DNA of 64,000 nucleotides from Saccostrea cucullata (taxonomy: Eukaryota): the NCBI RefSeq assembly GCF_032062105.1, contig NW_026933663.1, positions 62,001 to 126,000 of the forward strand. Direction: 5' to 3'. A program made the position numbers and the translations under genes. Below the pieces are notes generated by a model. It did no database searches and had not been told where the DNA came from. It was given only the letters and a program-made list of their open reading frames with translations. This document shows positions 52,389 through 64,000 of the stretch, one piece after another (within the stretch, counting starts at the first letter, position 1; every line of letters starts with the position of its first letter).

Positions 52389-55300
52389 ATGGTGAGTGCC
52401 GTATGGTGAAAAAGATTTTTTTCTGAATATATTTAATGATTAATACTAGTAATAATCTTAGGAGTCATAAAGTACTTCCTTTGTAGGTTTTATTTATCTA
52501 TACAAGATGTCTTGGATATATATTGTACCATAGTACGTTGAACCATATTGCTCGAGATGTAATATATTCTGTTGAGCTGCATTTGTCAAAACTGCATTAA
52601 TCCTTAAAAATTGATGTTCTGTTGATTCAATTTTCATCTTTCTAGGTAAAATTTTAATTCTGATGCTGCATCTTCAAATTCATTGTGAAGCTTTTTATGT
52701 TAAAAAATAATTCATGCTTGTTTCATGTAAATTTCTCAATATCTCTGCAGAAATACTGATTTCTACAAAATTGCAAAGTGTCCCTTCACTTTGTTTTTTT
52801 ATGGAGGTCAATTCTCTTGAATAAACTTGTGATTGAAGCAGCAAATGCATAACTTTCTGCATGCAATGTGCCTTGCAGAGGTTTTTAGATATCAAATGAG
52901 CTTGGCTTTATACAGTAACTAAATTTTTAGTATTAAACAATTTTTTTCCTAGATATTTCTATCATAATGCCTCGAACTAAGAAGGTTATATATAGATAAT
53001 GTACTTAGAATTTTTTTTTCAATCGCGCAAAATTAATAATTGCCAGTTTATTTCAAAGCTTTTAGGAAGGAGTTACGAATACATGTTGCTAAAGTAGTAA
53101 ATAATTTATTCATAGTGTTTCGAACATTTGTTTTGAATAATCGTAATTTTTGAAAAATAACGACATATTTCACATGATTTACATTTTAATACTCTTAAAC
53201 ATATTATCTTTAAATGGTATTTTGCCCTGGAAATGGTAATTGTAATTCACAATTTATTTCTTTAAAGAGTACAACAGACAACAAGTTGCAGAAACCATTT
53301 GATACTCTAGCAGTGGATGGGGAGGTTACATCAGAAAAATACGGAGGAAAAGGTGAATACATATAGTACATAAGGTTTAACCTGTCACATGTAGGAAAGT
53401 ATTTTGTAAAAAAAACCTCTCTTTTAATAAAAAATATATACATTTAAAAAAAAATTCTACATATTTTTATAAATCTCACTATGATAATTTATACATTGCT
53501 GCTAAGATTTTTTATTAGTTTTTTCACCTTGCATAAAACATATGTTCCTCTATATCAAGTTAATTTTCCTATTATTTGAAAAAAAGAAATGATACAACCA
53601 TCCTACCCAGTCTTTTGTAATAAAAAGTAATTTTAATACTTTTTCTTGTGTCTTATATTTCCTCCATACATATACGAATTTTTTAACAACCTACATGTAT
53701 ATTCATTCAATTTTTTTTACTTAGCGGTTATCATGGTAATTACAGTAAGTTTTTTTTAATTCCATGCTGTGTTAAAAGTTTACGTTGATCTTTTAAAAAC
53801 TAATGTTTACATTCACGACAGGTTTTATTTCGTAGGAAACATTGATCGCGAATATAGTGAAAATTAAAATCAGCGAGATGATTTGTCACTCTAAAATATA
53901 TATATATATTTTTTTATCACAAAAAGAAACCTTGACTCGAGGGACACGAGTCGTCAAGGGGCCGGGCTATGACCAAAGTAAACTGTCCGCAGTGGAGGGC
54001 AACTACATCGGTACCATATTACGTGTAGACTTCGATGAGGATGCCAAACCAATACTTTGTATGTTTACAACCAAAAGGGGGAATTATAAAAAACAGAGAG
54101 CGGTCCGTGCTCCGAGTGAAGATATTACAGGTAAATGTATTGTTCAGTGTAATTTGTCTAATTCGGATGTTGTCTAGCTATTCCGAAATTTTGTCTGATA
54201 TGCCATTCAATTCTAATCCCTTTTAGTAATTTTCAATTTTTTTTATATGTTATCTAATTCCATATGTTGTCTGATCTGTCCAATTTCCTTGGAATCAAAA
54301 GTTGCTGGATAAGACATATTTTACTGCATTTTCTTTTTTGATCATGTTGAATAATAAGTTTGAATGCATTTTTGTGAGTTCTTTTTTTGCATTTAATTGT
54401 TTCAAATTATCATATATGTGCCAACGATAAAGTAAAAGATTGTTTCGCAATGCTTTTGTTTTGTATTTTCTATTTTTATATCCATTTTTTCAGCATTTAA
54501 AAAGAGATTCCAAATCAAAGATTACAGAGAGGAAAAAGATGTTAATTTTGTGGAGGTTTATTGGGACAATGGAAAGAAGGAGTATTGTGTTATAGGACCT
54601 GAGTTCTTTGAACTTCAATTATATGAATGTAATCGTAAGTTTAAAATGTCATTTAACAAATTACCTATAAAATAATGTATCCTATTTTAGCTAGGCACAA
54701 TGTCATTCAATTATTTTTACGCCAGAGATAAAACAATCCACTTTATTCTTAAAGTCTAGCTAGGTGACTATATATAATTTCAGGTAGTACATATTTATGT
54801 TTTATAGGTTAATCTTTTGATTTTATAGGTAACTACATTGCTACAATAGTTTCCTATAAATTTAAATTCTTTTCATTATTTCTACATGATGTAGTAATGT
54901 AATTTCATAGATGTGATTAAAACGGTTACAACAAAAATCTACCTAAATGGGCATGTTTCTGGCTGCAAATTGACACAGTTTGTATTTTAATTCAATACAG
55001 AAATAATGTATGTTTTACATTTATTCCTCTGATCAAATATTTATCCCCTTATTCGAAGGAGAGGGGTATACTGTTTTACCTTTGTTTTACCTTTATGTGA
55101 CTGTTAGGGTGTGTGTATGTGTGCGTGAGAGGTGTCTCTGTGTGTGTCTGCAACAATTTTTTTCGTCATTCGTCGCAGTATTTTCAGCAACTGCTCATCG
55201 TACATGCTTAAAATTTTTAGCACACTCTTTCGTGATGCATGCCATATGGTGGTATTCATTTTCCTTGAATCTGACTTCAACTTCTTGTTCATCTTTGCTT

Positions 55301-58300
55301 ATGTCTCTTTCTTGCATAACAGATGTTTCGTCGCAGTTTTTCCAGCAACTCTTCATTGCAGATGCTTGCTCTGTCCATAACTGAACTTGTGTATATTGCG
55401 TATATGAGAGTGTAAATTATCATCAGAGAGGGTATAACAAGTGAGCATTGGTTCAATGACTCACAGACTTCTTGTTTTATTTGTTTTGCTTCTATGAAAT
55501 ATATATTTTTTCTTATACAAAATGTACACATTTTTACCCATTATTTTAAAATAACTGGCAGTTATCAGAGATGACGACATCCAGTGTGACGGTTGTAAAG
55601 AGTACCCCCTACATGGAATCCGCTGGACGTGCATCACGTGCAATTCCACAAATCTGTGCACCTCATGCTACATGACAGATAAGGAAAACAGTAATCACAT
55701 ATATAAAAGAATGCTCACGAAGGGCCTGAACGGGTGTGTAAAAATCAATGCTTTATTTATTAATATTTACATTTGCATATATTTTTTCTCTCAGATGAAC
55801 CAATTGAAGAGAAATAATGTTCAATATTCTGTATGAACTCATTAGCTTGATCGAAGCACAGAGCGAGATGATATCTTGTGTACATATTTTTGGCACCATT
55901 TCGGTGAAAAAAGCGATGAAAAGATAAAAAAATAAACATGTGCATATTTTTCAAACAATTGTTTTTAAATACATCTTTTGATGTGAAGATTATTTATAGA
56001 TAAACAGCATCTTGGCCAATAAAGCTTTTCTGAATGCAAAGATGGGTTCATTTATTTAGAATTTATCAATTTCAAAACCAGGGTCAAAAGTTTAATTCCC
56101 CTTTGTAAAAATTCTGTTCTTAAACCTTGGAGGATTTAAAACATTTTATCCATCAAAATCTGGTTTTAAAACATAACCAAATTTTCAAATTGCAAGAAAA
56201 TGGATAAATAAACAACAAAAAAGCAATATATCAAAATATTGAAAACCTCTTACTAAAGTATGATTTTTTCCTTTGCTATCGCATTAGAGCTGGTTATTAA
56301 ATGACCGTTTTCACTGTTATGAATATGAAAACTGTTATGAATTTTTGAAATAATAATCCATATCTTTAACTTTTATATGATTTTTTGTTTAAGTCTTGAC
56401 ATGCCAAGTCGATTTCGAAGTGCAAAAAATGGTAAAAGGAAAGAAGTTCGAGGTATTATAGTTGGTAACAAGGTTGATTTGCACAAGGAAAATACGCAAG
56501 GTAAACCTCCTTCACACTTTTACATTTTTTTTTTTTGGAATAAAAATTTTTTACTTCTGTCATCGTAGAAAGTTTCATGTGCATTTAATTTCGCTGTTTC
56601 GAGAGAAACAATATTCTTTATAATATGGGATTTAATATTGATCATTATTTCTGTTTTAATGTAATTCAAAATTTCTTTTTTCCAGCGTAGTATAAATCAA
56701 CGCAAAGTAAGCTGTCACCAATGTTCTCCGTGGAACTGCAAACGTTAAACAAAATATGCAGCAATCTATTACACTACATTTTCAATATATTTTGCTTTGT
56801 TTGTCAATATTTTAGGCACAGTGGTAGGATTTGTGAAAGGAAATGTATATAGATACATATTTCAAGAAGCAGAAAATCCCGAAAAGGAGATAGATTCTAA
56901 AACTATTAGGAAAAATTATAAGGATGCCAAAGAAATTAGAATTCGTCTACCTGAGAAAATGCCAAACGATATTCTTCCTCCACTCACCAAAGGTAAAATC
57001 AGGGGTTTTGAAATTAAAAGTGAATAAAAACATTCTGTAAGCATGAAAAAAGATAATATGGGTGAATTAGGTGCCTTTGAACAGGTATACATAATATACC
57101 AGTATTCATTAAACAATAAGTAAAATAAAGATTGCATTGACGCCATCTCAATATAGGTATCTTTTCACATTTTTTCCAAGACATGATAGAGAAATTACCT
57201 GAAATCAGAGTCATTATGCAGCTTGAAGGCAAGGAATTTGTAGCGGGAACTGTGGTGTCATACAAGGAAACAGACGATGATGTAAATTGTATATTTCCAA
57301 CAAACTTTGACGTAAAATACACCAATCCCATCAGAATCTCAAATTTTAACCCTGATAAATAGTTATTATAATAAGATTTATTCTATCGCTTGAAATATCA
57401 AGATAAATTCATTTTCTTCACAAAAATTTTGCATGAAAAAATACATTTATATGTATAAGAATCTTAAGTTATTTGGATAATAATCTTTCTTTTTTTAAAT
57501 ATTAAACAGAAGAGCAATTTGAAGATCAGAATTCACTGGGATGCAAAGAGGGATTTGTGCAAAAAGAAATTTTACAACGTTTCAAAACATTCAAAGGATA
57601 CGAAAGAACACAATGCTCTGTATCTTTTTGAGTATGGTAATGAATTATTTCAGTTTCTTTATTAATTCCAAAGATAGTACAGGACCGTGATCTGAAAAAA
57701 TTAGTTTGTTGATCAATTCTGATGATATCATCAAAGCTTAAAGCAGTTCTGTCATTAGATTTCTTGAAATTTTAAGGCAGCTTGCATAATTTGTTATACT
57801 TACTATTCTGGCCCGAGTCAGAAATTGTAAACGGGTTTGCAAAATGATTAATAAATTTTTTTTAAAGATAAGGCAGCTCAGATATTGCTCTCTCAGTTTC
57901 TATATGAAGTGTTAGTTTTGCATATTTATATGGATTAAGATTTATTTGCAGGAGTTTTGGAAAAAGATGAATGTACAGAATGCAGTAAGCCACCGACCAC
58001 TCATCTGAACGGGGCAGAGATAAAGTCTGATTCGCGCATCAAAGGATTACTGTGGAAATGTAATATATGCACATTACATATATGCACTATGTGTTACATC
58101 AGAGGAAAGCATGAATGTGGAGGGAAGCTTGAATGGGTGTCCAAACACTTCAAGTTAGTCATTTTTTGGTTTTATAAGTGTTTACAGTTTAAATAAAAAA
58201 CAACAATAAAACTTAAGTATTAAATAAGTCTAGATCTTATCGAATACATCACATGACGTTTCATACATATTTGATGTAGCGGTTGTTTCAACATTTTAGA

Positions 58301-61300
58301 TTTACAGGAAATCTCAGCAACCTCTCTGAAGTGAATACTAATTTGCATGTCTTTGAAGAATGGGACAGAGTCCAAGGCATGGACTGGCAGGATAGGCGTT
58401 CTTTGTTTTCTGCTTCTTCAAAACAAACACGTAAGATTTTACAGCAGATTAATTTTAAAGGACATTTTACAGAAGATTAATATTAACCCGAAAGGACATA
58501 TTTTTATTATTTCCCCAAACTTGACAAAGAACACACTGCAGGTGTGACCGGTCGGCAGGGGATGCTCACTCTTCAATGGCACCTGACCCCATCTCTGATG
58601 TTTTGGATGTCTGTGTTTGCTCTGATCCTGTTTTGTGTTATCAAATGGACTTTCTTCTCGTTATCTCCATATATTTTATATTCAAAATTTAGTAGTTTTA
58701 AAGTAATTAATATATCCTCTTCTTACATCAAGGCAAGGCAAACAAAAACTTCAATGTTATAAAAGAGCGGTAAATTCTTTTTAGGTTATCTTGTTGATGC
58801 AGAGATTCATAGATGTTTATACCATTGCGCTGTCCTTCTACAAAACCAGGATGGAGAAATTTTTCTACGAGACATTTCTGAAATGATGCTTCAAAAAAGT
58901 CAGACCAACGTTAAATCAGCAACATTCATCTATCAAGATCATCTGCCAATCATAGGAGAAGGTTATAATTAGCTTAAAATAATTGATTAAACATTATAAA
59001 AATCTTTCATTCTAATAGCACTAAATATTGAGTGACGTTTTTTTTTTTTGGTGTATAAAATGCGTTTCTTTTAGATTTACCATCATTATTAAAAAATGTC
59101 TAAGCCAAAAACCCCTCATTATATCCAATTTAGATTAATAAAAATGTAACTATTCTAAATTGTTTCAATATTGTCTCTTTTGATTATTTTATACTTAATA
59201 TATTTGTTATTTGAATTTTCTTGGGATTTTCAAAATGTGTTCTCGCATAAAAATTAACTTTTCAGGCTTTCACACTATAGTGTTAAATAATGAAAAAAAA
59301 ATCTTTAAAATTTCTTCAACCAATGATTCAATTTATAGATGAATTGGAACATAAGGTGGCAAATATAGAGATAGAAGCCAGACATCAGGTGAGCAAAAAA
59401 TCAGCTTTGTTTATTTTGAGTTGATACATCTTTTTATCGTATGTGATATTCCAAACATTTTTTTCTTCCAATTCCCTTTGACTATTGAAACACTGGAAAT
59501 GCTGTTTAAAAAAAAAATATTTCTCTTTTTAAAACTTTAACTTAAATGCTCTTACTTTAATTCAGAAAAGTCAGGTTGAAATTTGGAAAAATAGAAACTC
59601 TGTGGTGAATATAGAGACAGAAGCACAGTATCAGGTAAGAAAACTTATGCCTTTTTCTATGGTTGGATTGTTAAAAAATATCTTCTCCGCCTTTCATTTT
59701 GCTGGTTGACGTAATAAAATAGCATATATACATATATGGTGATAACTATGCCTTTTCACAGCATTGATGTTTTAAGGCAACTTTCAATTTATATTTTTGA
59801 AAACACTTAGAATGGAAAATTCCTTATTTTGATAAAAAATAAGAACATGTTACTTTTGGTACCTGAACCGAAGGCTCATGTATGCTATTCTGATTGAATT
59901 TTCCCCTTCGTCTTTCTTGGCCTTTTCATTGTCATAAACTTTTCACAACTGCATTTTCTCCTCCAGAAGTAATCGGTGAATTTCGGTCACACTTTGCACG
60001 GAGTATCCTTTGAAAAAGGCTCAAGTGAGTTAAAGTATGTTCATAAGGTGCGACCACATTTTTGTCTTTTGGGGCTAGTTTTTGACCGCTGATGTATTTC
60101 TTCTTTTCAATATTAAACTGATTCTTATTTTGACCTCGCCATTGGGTGCAGGTGAGCGATGTCGCCCCTTGGCTTCCTGTTTTATTTTCATATTTTTACT
60201 AACAAAGTTTTATTTTTTATAAAGAAAATTCAGGTTCAAATATGGAAAAATGGAAACTGTGTGAAGAAAGAAACAACGTTCAGGCCATCTCTACATTATA
60301 TTGTGGAGGATACTTTTTTGCGACTCAGATTGGAAGGTCTACGCTTACTTTTATATAAGTTTAAACGGGTCATATCTAATTATTCTCATTAGCTTCTCAA
60401 TTTTGCTGATGTAAGATAACCTTTTATTTGAATGTGCAATTGGATATAAGCACCTACTTAGTAAGAAAAGTTTAAAATACAGACTCAAACTTATGTTAAT
60501 AACATAGAAAAATGTGTTTTAAGTCCATCAATATTTTTATATTACCGGTATCCCGAAATGTCAGTTAATATTTTCTTTATTGTGACAAACTTTGAAAGAA
60601 TTAACCTGCTGTCCGTGTCATTTTGTCAACGACAAGTTTCTCATCGGTGAAAATCTGGACGTTAAAAACAAGGCATGTGGAGTTCACGAATCAACGACAG
60701 CAGAAGTAATCAAGGTTTACAATTATATTATAGTTTTTGCGTATATTCGAATTTTTTTCTGAGAGTCTCTTTATAGTTTTTTTTTTAATTTAAGGAGGCT
60801 TGGGGTCAACAAATTAACCACCAGATTTAACTTACTTTTTTAGATTTGATATCTTAAACTGCCAACTATCATTTGAATTAGAAAAAAATGCATTTTAGTT
60901 TAAAATTTTTATCCTTTTTATATATCTTTATATGAAGCTGTTCTTCTAAAGGAGATCATAATAGTCTGAAAATGGCCACTTCCCCAAAACCCTTAAAGAA
61001 TCTTGAATAATCTTCGAATCTTAATTTTACTTTTCAATAGAGTGTAGTAAAGGACGGAATTGTAGTTTTCAAACAGATAGAAAAACAATACAAAGAAGAT
61101 TATTTATTAGTGAAATACTTCCTTGGATTGGCAGAGCGTAAGTCTTAGATAAGACCATCATAAAAAATGAAATTAAATGCTAAAATAATTATTTGGCCTC
61201 CCAGTGTGTAATGCTTCTAATTACCCGGTAATTTTAAGGAAAATTTGCAATATGATGTTTTGGCAGATCTAATGGGAGAAGAGATGATGCCCGTTATCAT

Positions 61301-61373
61301 CACAACTAAACCACCAACTGAAAATATGGTTAAGGAGGCAGAAAAACTGGCAATCCCAGTTATATACCTCAAG
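52389..61373 (+). CDS. Mind-bomb-derived protein with two diverged MIB/HERC2-ZZ-MIB/HERC2 modules, >=726 aa. Exons 52389-52391, 53268-53352, 53927-54130, 54494-54634, 55562-55733, 56394-56500, 56816-56992, 57181-57281, 57510-57636, 57952-58153, 58300-58430, 58785-58961, 59339-59388, 59566-59634, 60225-60336, 60599-60714, 61041-61137, 61267-61373
   Basis: 18 GT-AG-bounded exons join in frame without stops. Motifs GTRVVKGPGY...VEVYWDNG...FELQLYE; ZZ CDGC..PLHGIRWTCITC...LCTSCY; RGIIVGNKV; IRIHWD; second ZZ CTEC...IKGLLWKCNIC..ICTMCY; DRVQGMDW; YQDHLPIIG. The start ATG and the 3' end (stop exon 61650-61676 versus continuation into 62317-62560) are uncertain. Confidence 0.8.
55040..55465 (-). mobile_element. 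Helentron/HINE-type element in an intron
   Basis: Hairpin ATCCCCTTATTCGAAGGAGAGGGGTAT, a (GT)n microsatellite, a duplicated core TTCGTCGCAGT, and end GGGTATAACAAGTGAGCATTGG. Confidence 0.6.
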
Positions 61374-62316
61374 GTATTGAAAACATAAAATATAACGGAA
61401 AGAAATAAAATATATGGAGTTTAAAAAACAGCATTTGACTCAAAAGATCATTAAGCAATGCAAATTTTGAAGCAGAGCATGCACACGGACCTCATAAACA
61501 TAAGAGGTGGGAACAGGCCTGGGGGCTTTAAAACTTAGATAAGCTCACTTCTGATCACAGGCTCACTTTTCCAGAGGAATTTAAAGTAGAAAAGTGAAAA
61601 TGAGACCAAAATTGGTGAACCTCCTAATATTTCTTTGATTTCCTGACAGGAAGAGAAAAATACGATTTTGAGATAACAAATTATCCAGTATATGCACACT
61701 TTTGTACAATTATTTCACGTCCGATAGATGTAGGCAATGTATGATGAAAAGGTTACGATGGAGATGGATTTAATTTTTGAGGATTCATGAGGACATGAAC
61801 TATAACCGTTGACATCGACATATTTTATGAAGTACGTTAGCACTTCTTTATAAATATGCTGGCGTGAAGCGTTGTAGTTCAGGTACCTTATGAATTTTCA
61901 AGAATTAGATTCAATTCTTATATTTTCATTATATTAACATCTTTTGATGAGTTGCCCTAGATTGCTCAATTAAACTCTCAATTTTTAATTTTAACAGTTC
62001 GCACTATAGTTTTCACATCAGGTACGGTATTATGACGGAACAATGTAGATAACAGTGATTTTTAATGATATTTTATGAGAAAGAAAACAGTATTCTATTT
62101 TGTAAATAACAATAGGGAAAATTTATTTGACATATAGATATATAAGAATGGAAGAAAATTAAATTGCGATAGGATTGCGATGTACATGTAGGCCATTTGA
62201 GGATAATAACTTGTAGACACATTATATAAATGAATAAATGTTACATTTGGAAAACGCATATCTATGTTTTATACTTTTCTTGCAAAATAAAAAGAAATGT
62301 TACTGTTTTGTTTCAG

Positions 62317-62560
62317 ACACTCACCTCTGTTTTTGTGACATGGCATGGAATAGGTTGTAAAATCGACTCCGAAGGTGGTACCAGAGAATCGCAGGAAAAC
62401 AAGATGGTTTATCATGTTGATTTTCAACAGCCTTGGATGATAAAAAGACTTGAATCTAAGTCAGATTGTATGAATTCTTCTGATGAGAGTGAAAGTATTT
62501 TGTTCACCACGGAAGACGTGAAAGATTTTGATATTCGAGTTTCATCAATCCTTACTGGAG
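62317..62560 (+). CDS. Probable internal coding exon (continuation of the Mind-bomb-derived gene or part of the next gene)
   Basis: TTTCAG acceptor, open phase-0 frame TLTSVFVTWHGIGCKIDSEGG...VSSILTG, and G|GTATAT donor. Confidence 0.55.
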
Positions 62561-62567
62561 GTATATA

Positions 62568-62881
62568 TTTATACCCTCCGAAAGAAAAAGCGGGAGGGTA
62601 TATAGTAATCGTTATGTCCGTCCGCCCGTCTGTACGTCAGTCCGTCTGTCTTTTACGCTTTGGGGTACTAATCTCTTATCAGCAACTCCTCTCATACCAA
62701 TGAGTGAAATTTGATGAAACTTTTACAGAATCTTTATTACATATTTCTATTGTGCACCTCCTATTTTACTTTTCGAACCGATACATATTTTGGGTTTCAC
62801 ATACCAAAACATGGACACTGTCATTTTATACATATGGGAGGCGGGGGTATCATTAAGTGAGCTCATTGCTCACAGTACCTC
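62568..62881 (-). mobile_element. Helentron/HINE-type element
   Basis: Hairpin ATACCCTCCG...CGGGAGGGTAT, a (GTCC)n microsatellite, and end GTGAGCTCATTGCTCACAGTACCTC matching the 2124 element. Confidence 0.7.
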
Positions 62882-63282
62882 AAATCTAATCAATAAAAAG
62901 AAAGCGATGAATTACAGTATCATTATCGTTTCAAAGGCAATTTTGATACGACTTTTGTGAAGAATTCTAGAATAAAAATTGACTGTAACCTGAATAGTAG
63001 TGATTTTGACTTGAAATAGTTTACATTTGAACAGTGCAATGACTTAAAAGATGGATAGATGCAAATGCAGTTAATTAATTTAATTAAATATCATTTCTTT
63101 TAAATATCGAAAGTTAATAAATTATTTTTTTTTCTTTATCGATGCCACATGTTTGCTAAAATTTAAACCAAAGACAATTTTTTTACGTATTATAAAAACA
63201 AAAATCTACACTCAATATATGAATATCCTGTGAGTCTTTTTTTGTAATCACAAAAAGTATATTTCCTCAAAATAATTTTATC

Positions 63283-64000
63283 TTTTTTTTTTTTTTTTTA
63301 ACATTTATTTCCATTAACATACAACGAATTTTGAGGCAAAACTTCCTCAGAAGCCCTCGGTTAATACCTCACCTGGGGTGCCAGGAGCTCCCTGGATCGG
63401 TATATTTTTCAATTTACAAAAGTTTACAATAGAGAAAAACCAGTATTTCATTTTCACAAAAAGACATAAATATTTCAGTAAAAAACATTTCATATTTAAT
63501 AGATATATAGATAAAATATCAATTTAATTACAACGTATATAGAAAAATAAAGATTATAATTCGTCTGCTAACTTTTTCAAAAGATAGTAGTTAGATTTAA
63601 CACTTTTTGCACTCTTTGCTATTACATAATACTGATACAAAGACGATTTCAAAAAAAATAACATTGCATTTTGATTTACTATTTCGTTCTGCAACCTACA
63701 TTTCATTTTATATTTATATATTTTGTATCCCACAATTGATATGACATTATTAAAAATCAATGTTGTGTTATTGAACTCATTATAAAATCCTACAACAATA
63801 TGTTTCCAGGATAGATTTAAATTCAATATTTGAGATATTTTTTCCCATACTCCTTTTGAGTCCGTACATTCAAAATTTAAGTGTTTAATATATTCTACTT
63901 GTCCGCAAGATGTACAATTTTTTGCCACTTCTTTATTCCATTTACTAACATGATAATTACAATTCAGTTGGTTGTGTAAAAGTTTAGAATTGAATTCTGC
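63283..64000 (-). mobile_element. 3' end of an L1/Tx1-clade LINE (zf-RVT C-terminus, 3' UTR, poly-A)
   Basis: ORF 63928-63554 contains CTSCGQVEYIKHLNFEC...VW, a CCHC zf-RVT motif. On the minus strand AATAAA (63309-63304) precedes a 17-nt poly-A (63299-63283). The element continues beyond the window. Confidence 0.85.

Noticed and set aside
55010-55384. 124-aa ORF inside the Mind-bomb-derived gene
   Set aside because: It lies in an intronic HINE with a (GT)n microsatellite and does not fit the exon phase chain.

Overview
AT-rich, intron-containing animal genomic DNA. The repeat landscape (Helentron/HINE 'pearl'-type elements carrying ~166-bp satellite monomers, tRNA-SINEs, Penelope-like tails) points to a bivalve, most likely an oyster (Ostreidae; inference). 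Four protein-coding genes are supported: (1) a RING/B-box/B-box/coiled-coil TRIM gene (5640-6782, +); (2) a 6-coding-exon, ~1112-aa C2H2 zinc-finger gene (16635-10862, -) with an unnamed N-terminal domain largely on its own exon; (3) a single-exon ApaH-like (ALPH) PPP-family metallophosphatase (32740-33657, +); (4) a >=18-exon Mind-bomb-derived gene largely missed by the ORF track (52389 to >=61373, +) with two tandem diverged MIB/HERC2-ZZ-MIB/HERC2 modules and no ankyrin or RING domain in the window. The rest is a dense, often nested set of non-autonomous transposons (Tc1/mariner, hAT, MULE, EnSpm/CACTA, Kolobok, Crypton-like, Helentron, a TRIM-type mini LTR element, and RTE-X, Tx1 and Penelope-like fragments). 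Highlights: a 3.4-kb foldback element with CAC...GTG ends, a 5-bp TSD and an RSS-like heptamer/nonamer (Transib/RAG-like), and a strong excess of TACATGTA/TACCGGTA words that look like transposon excision footprints. All calls were made by eye; no database searches were run.
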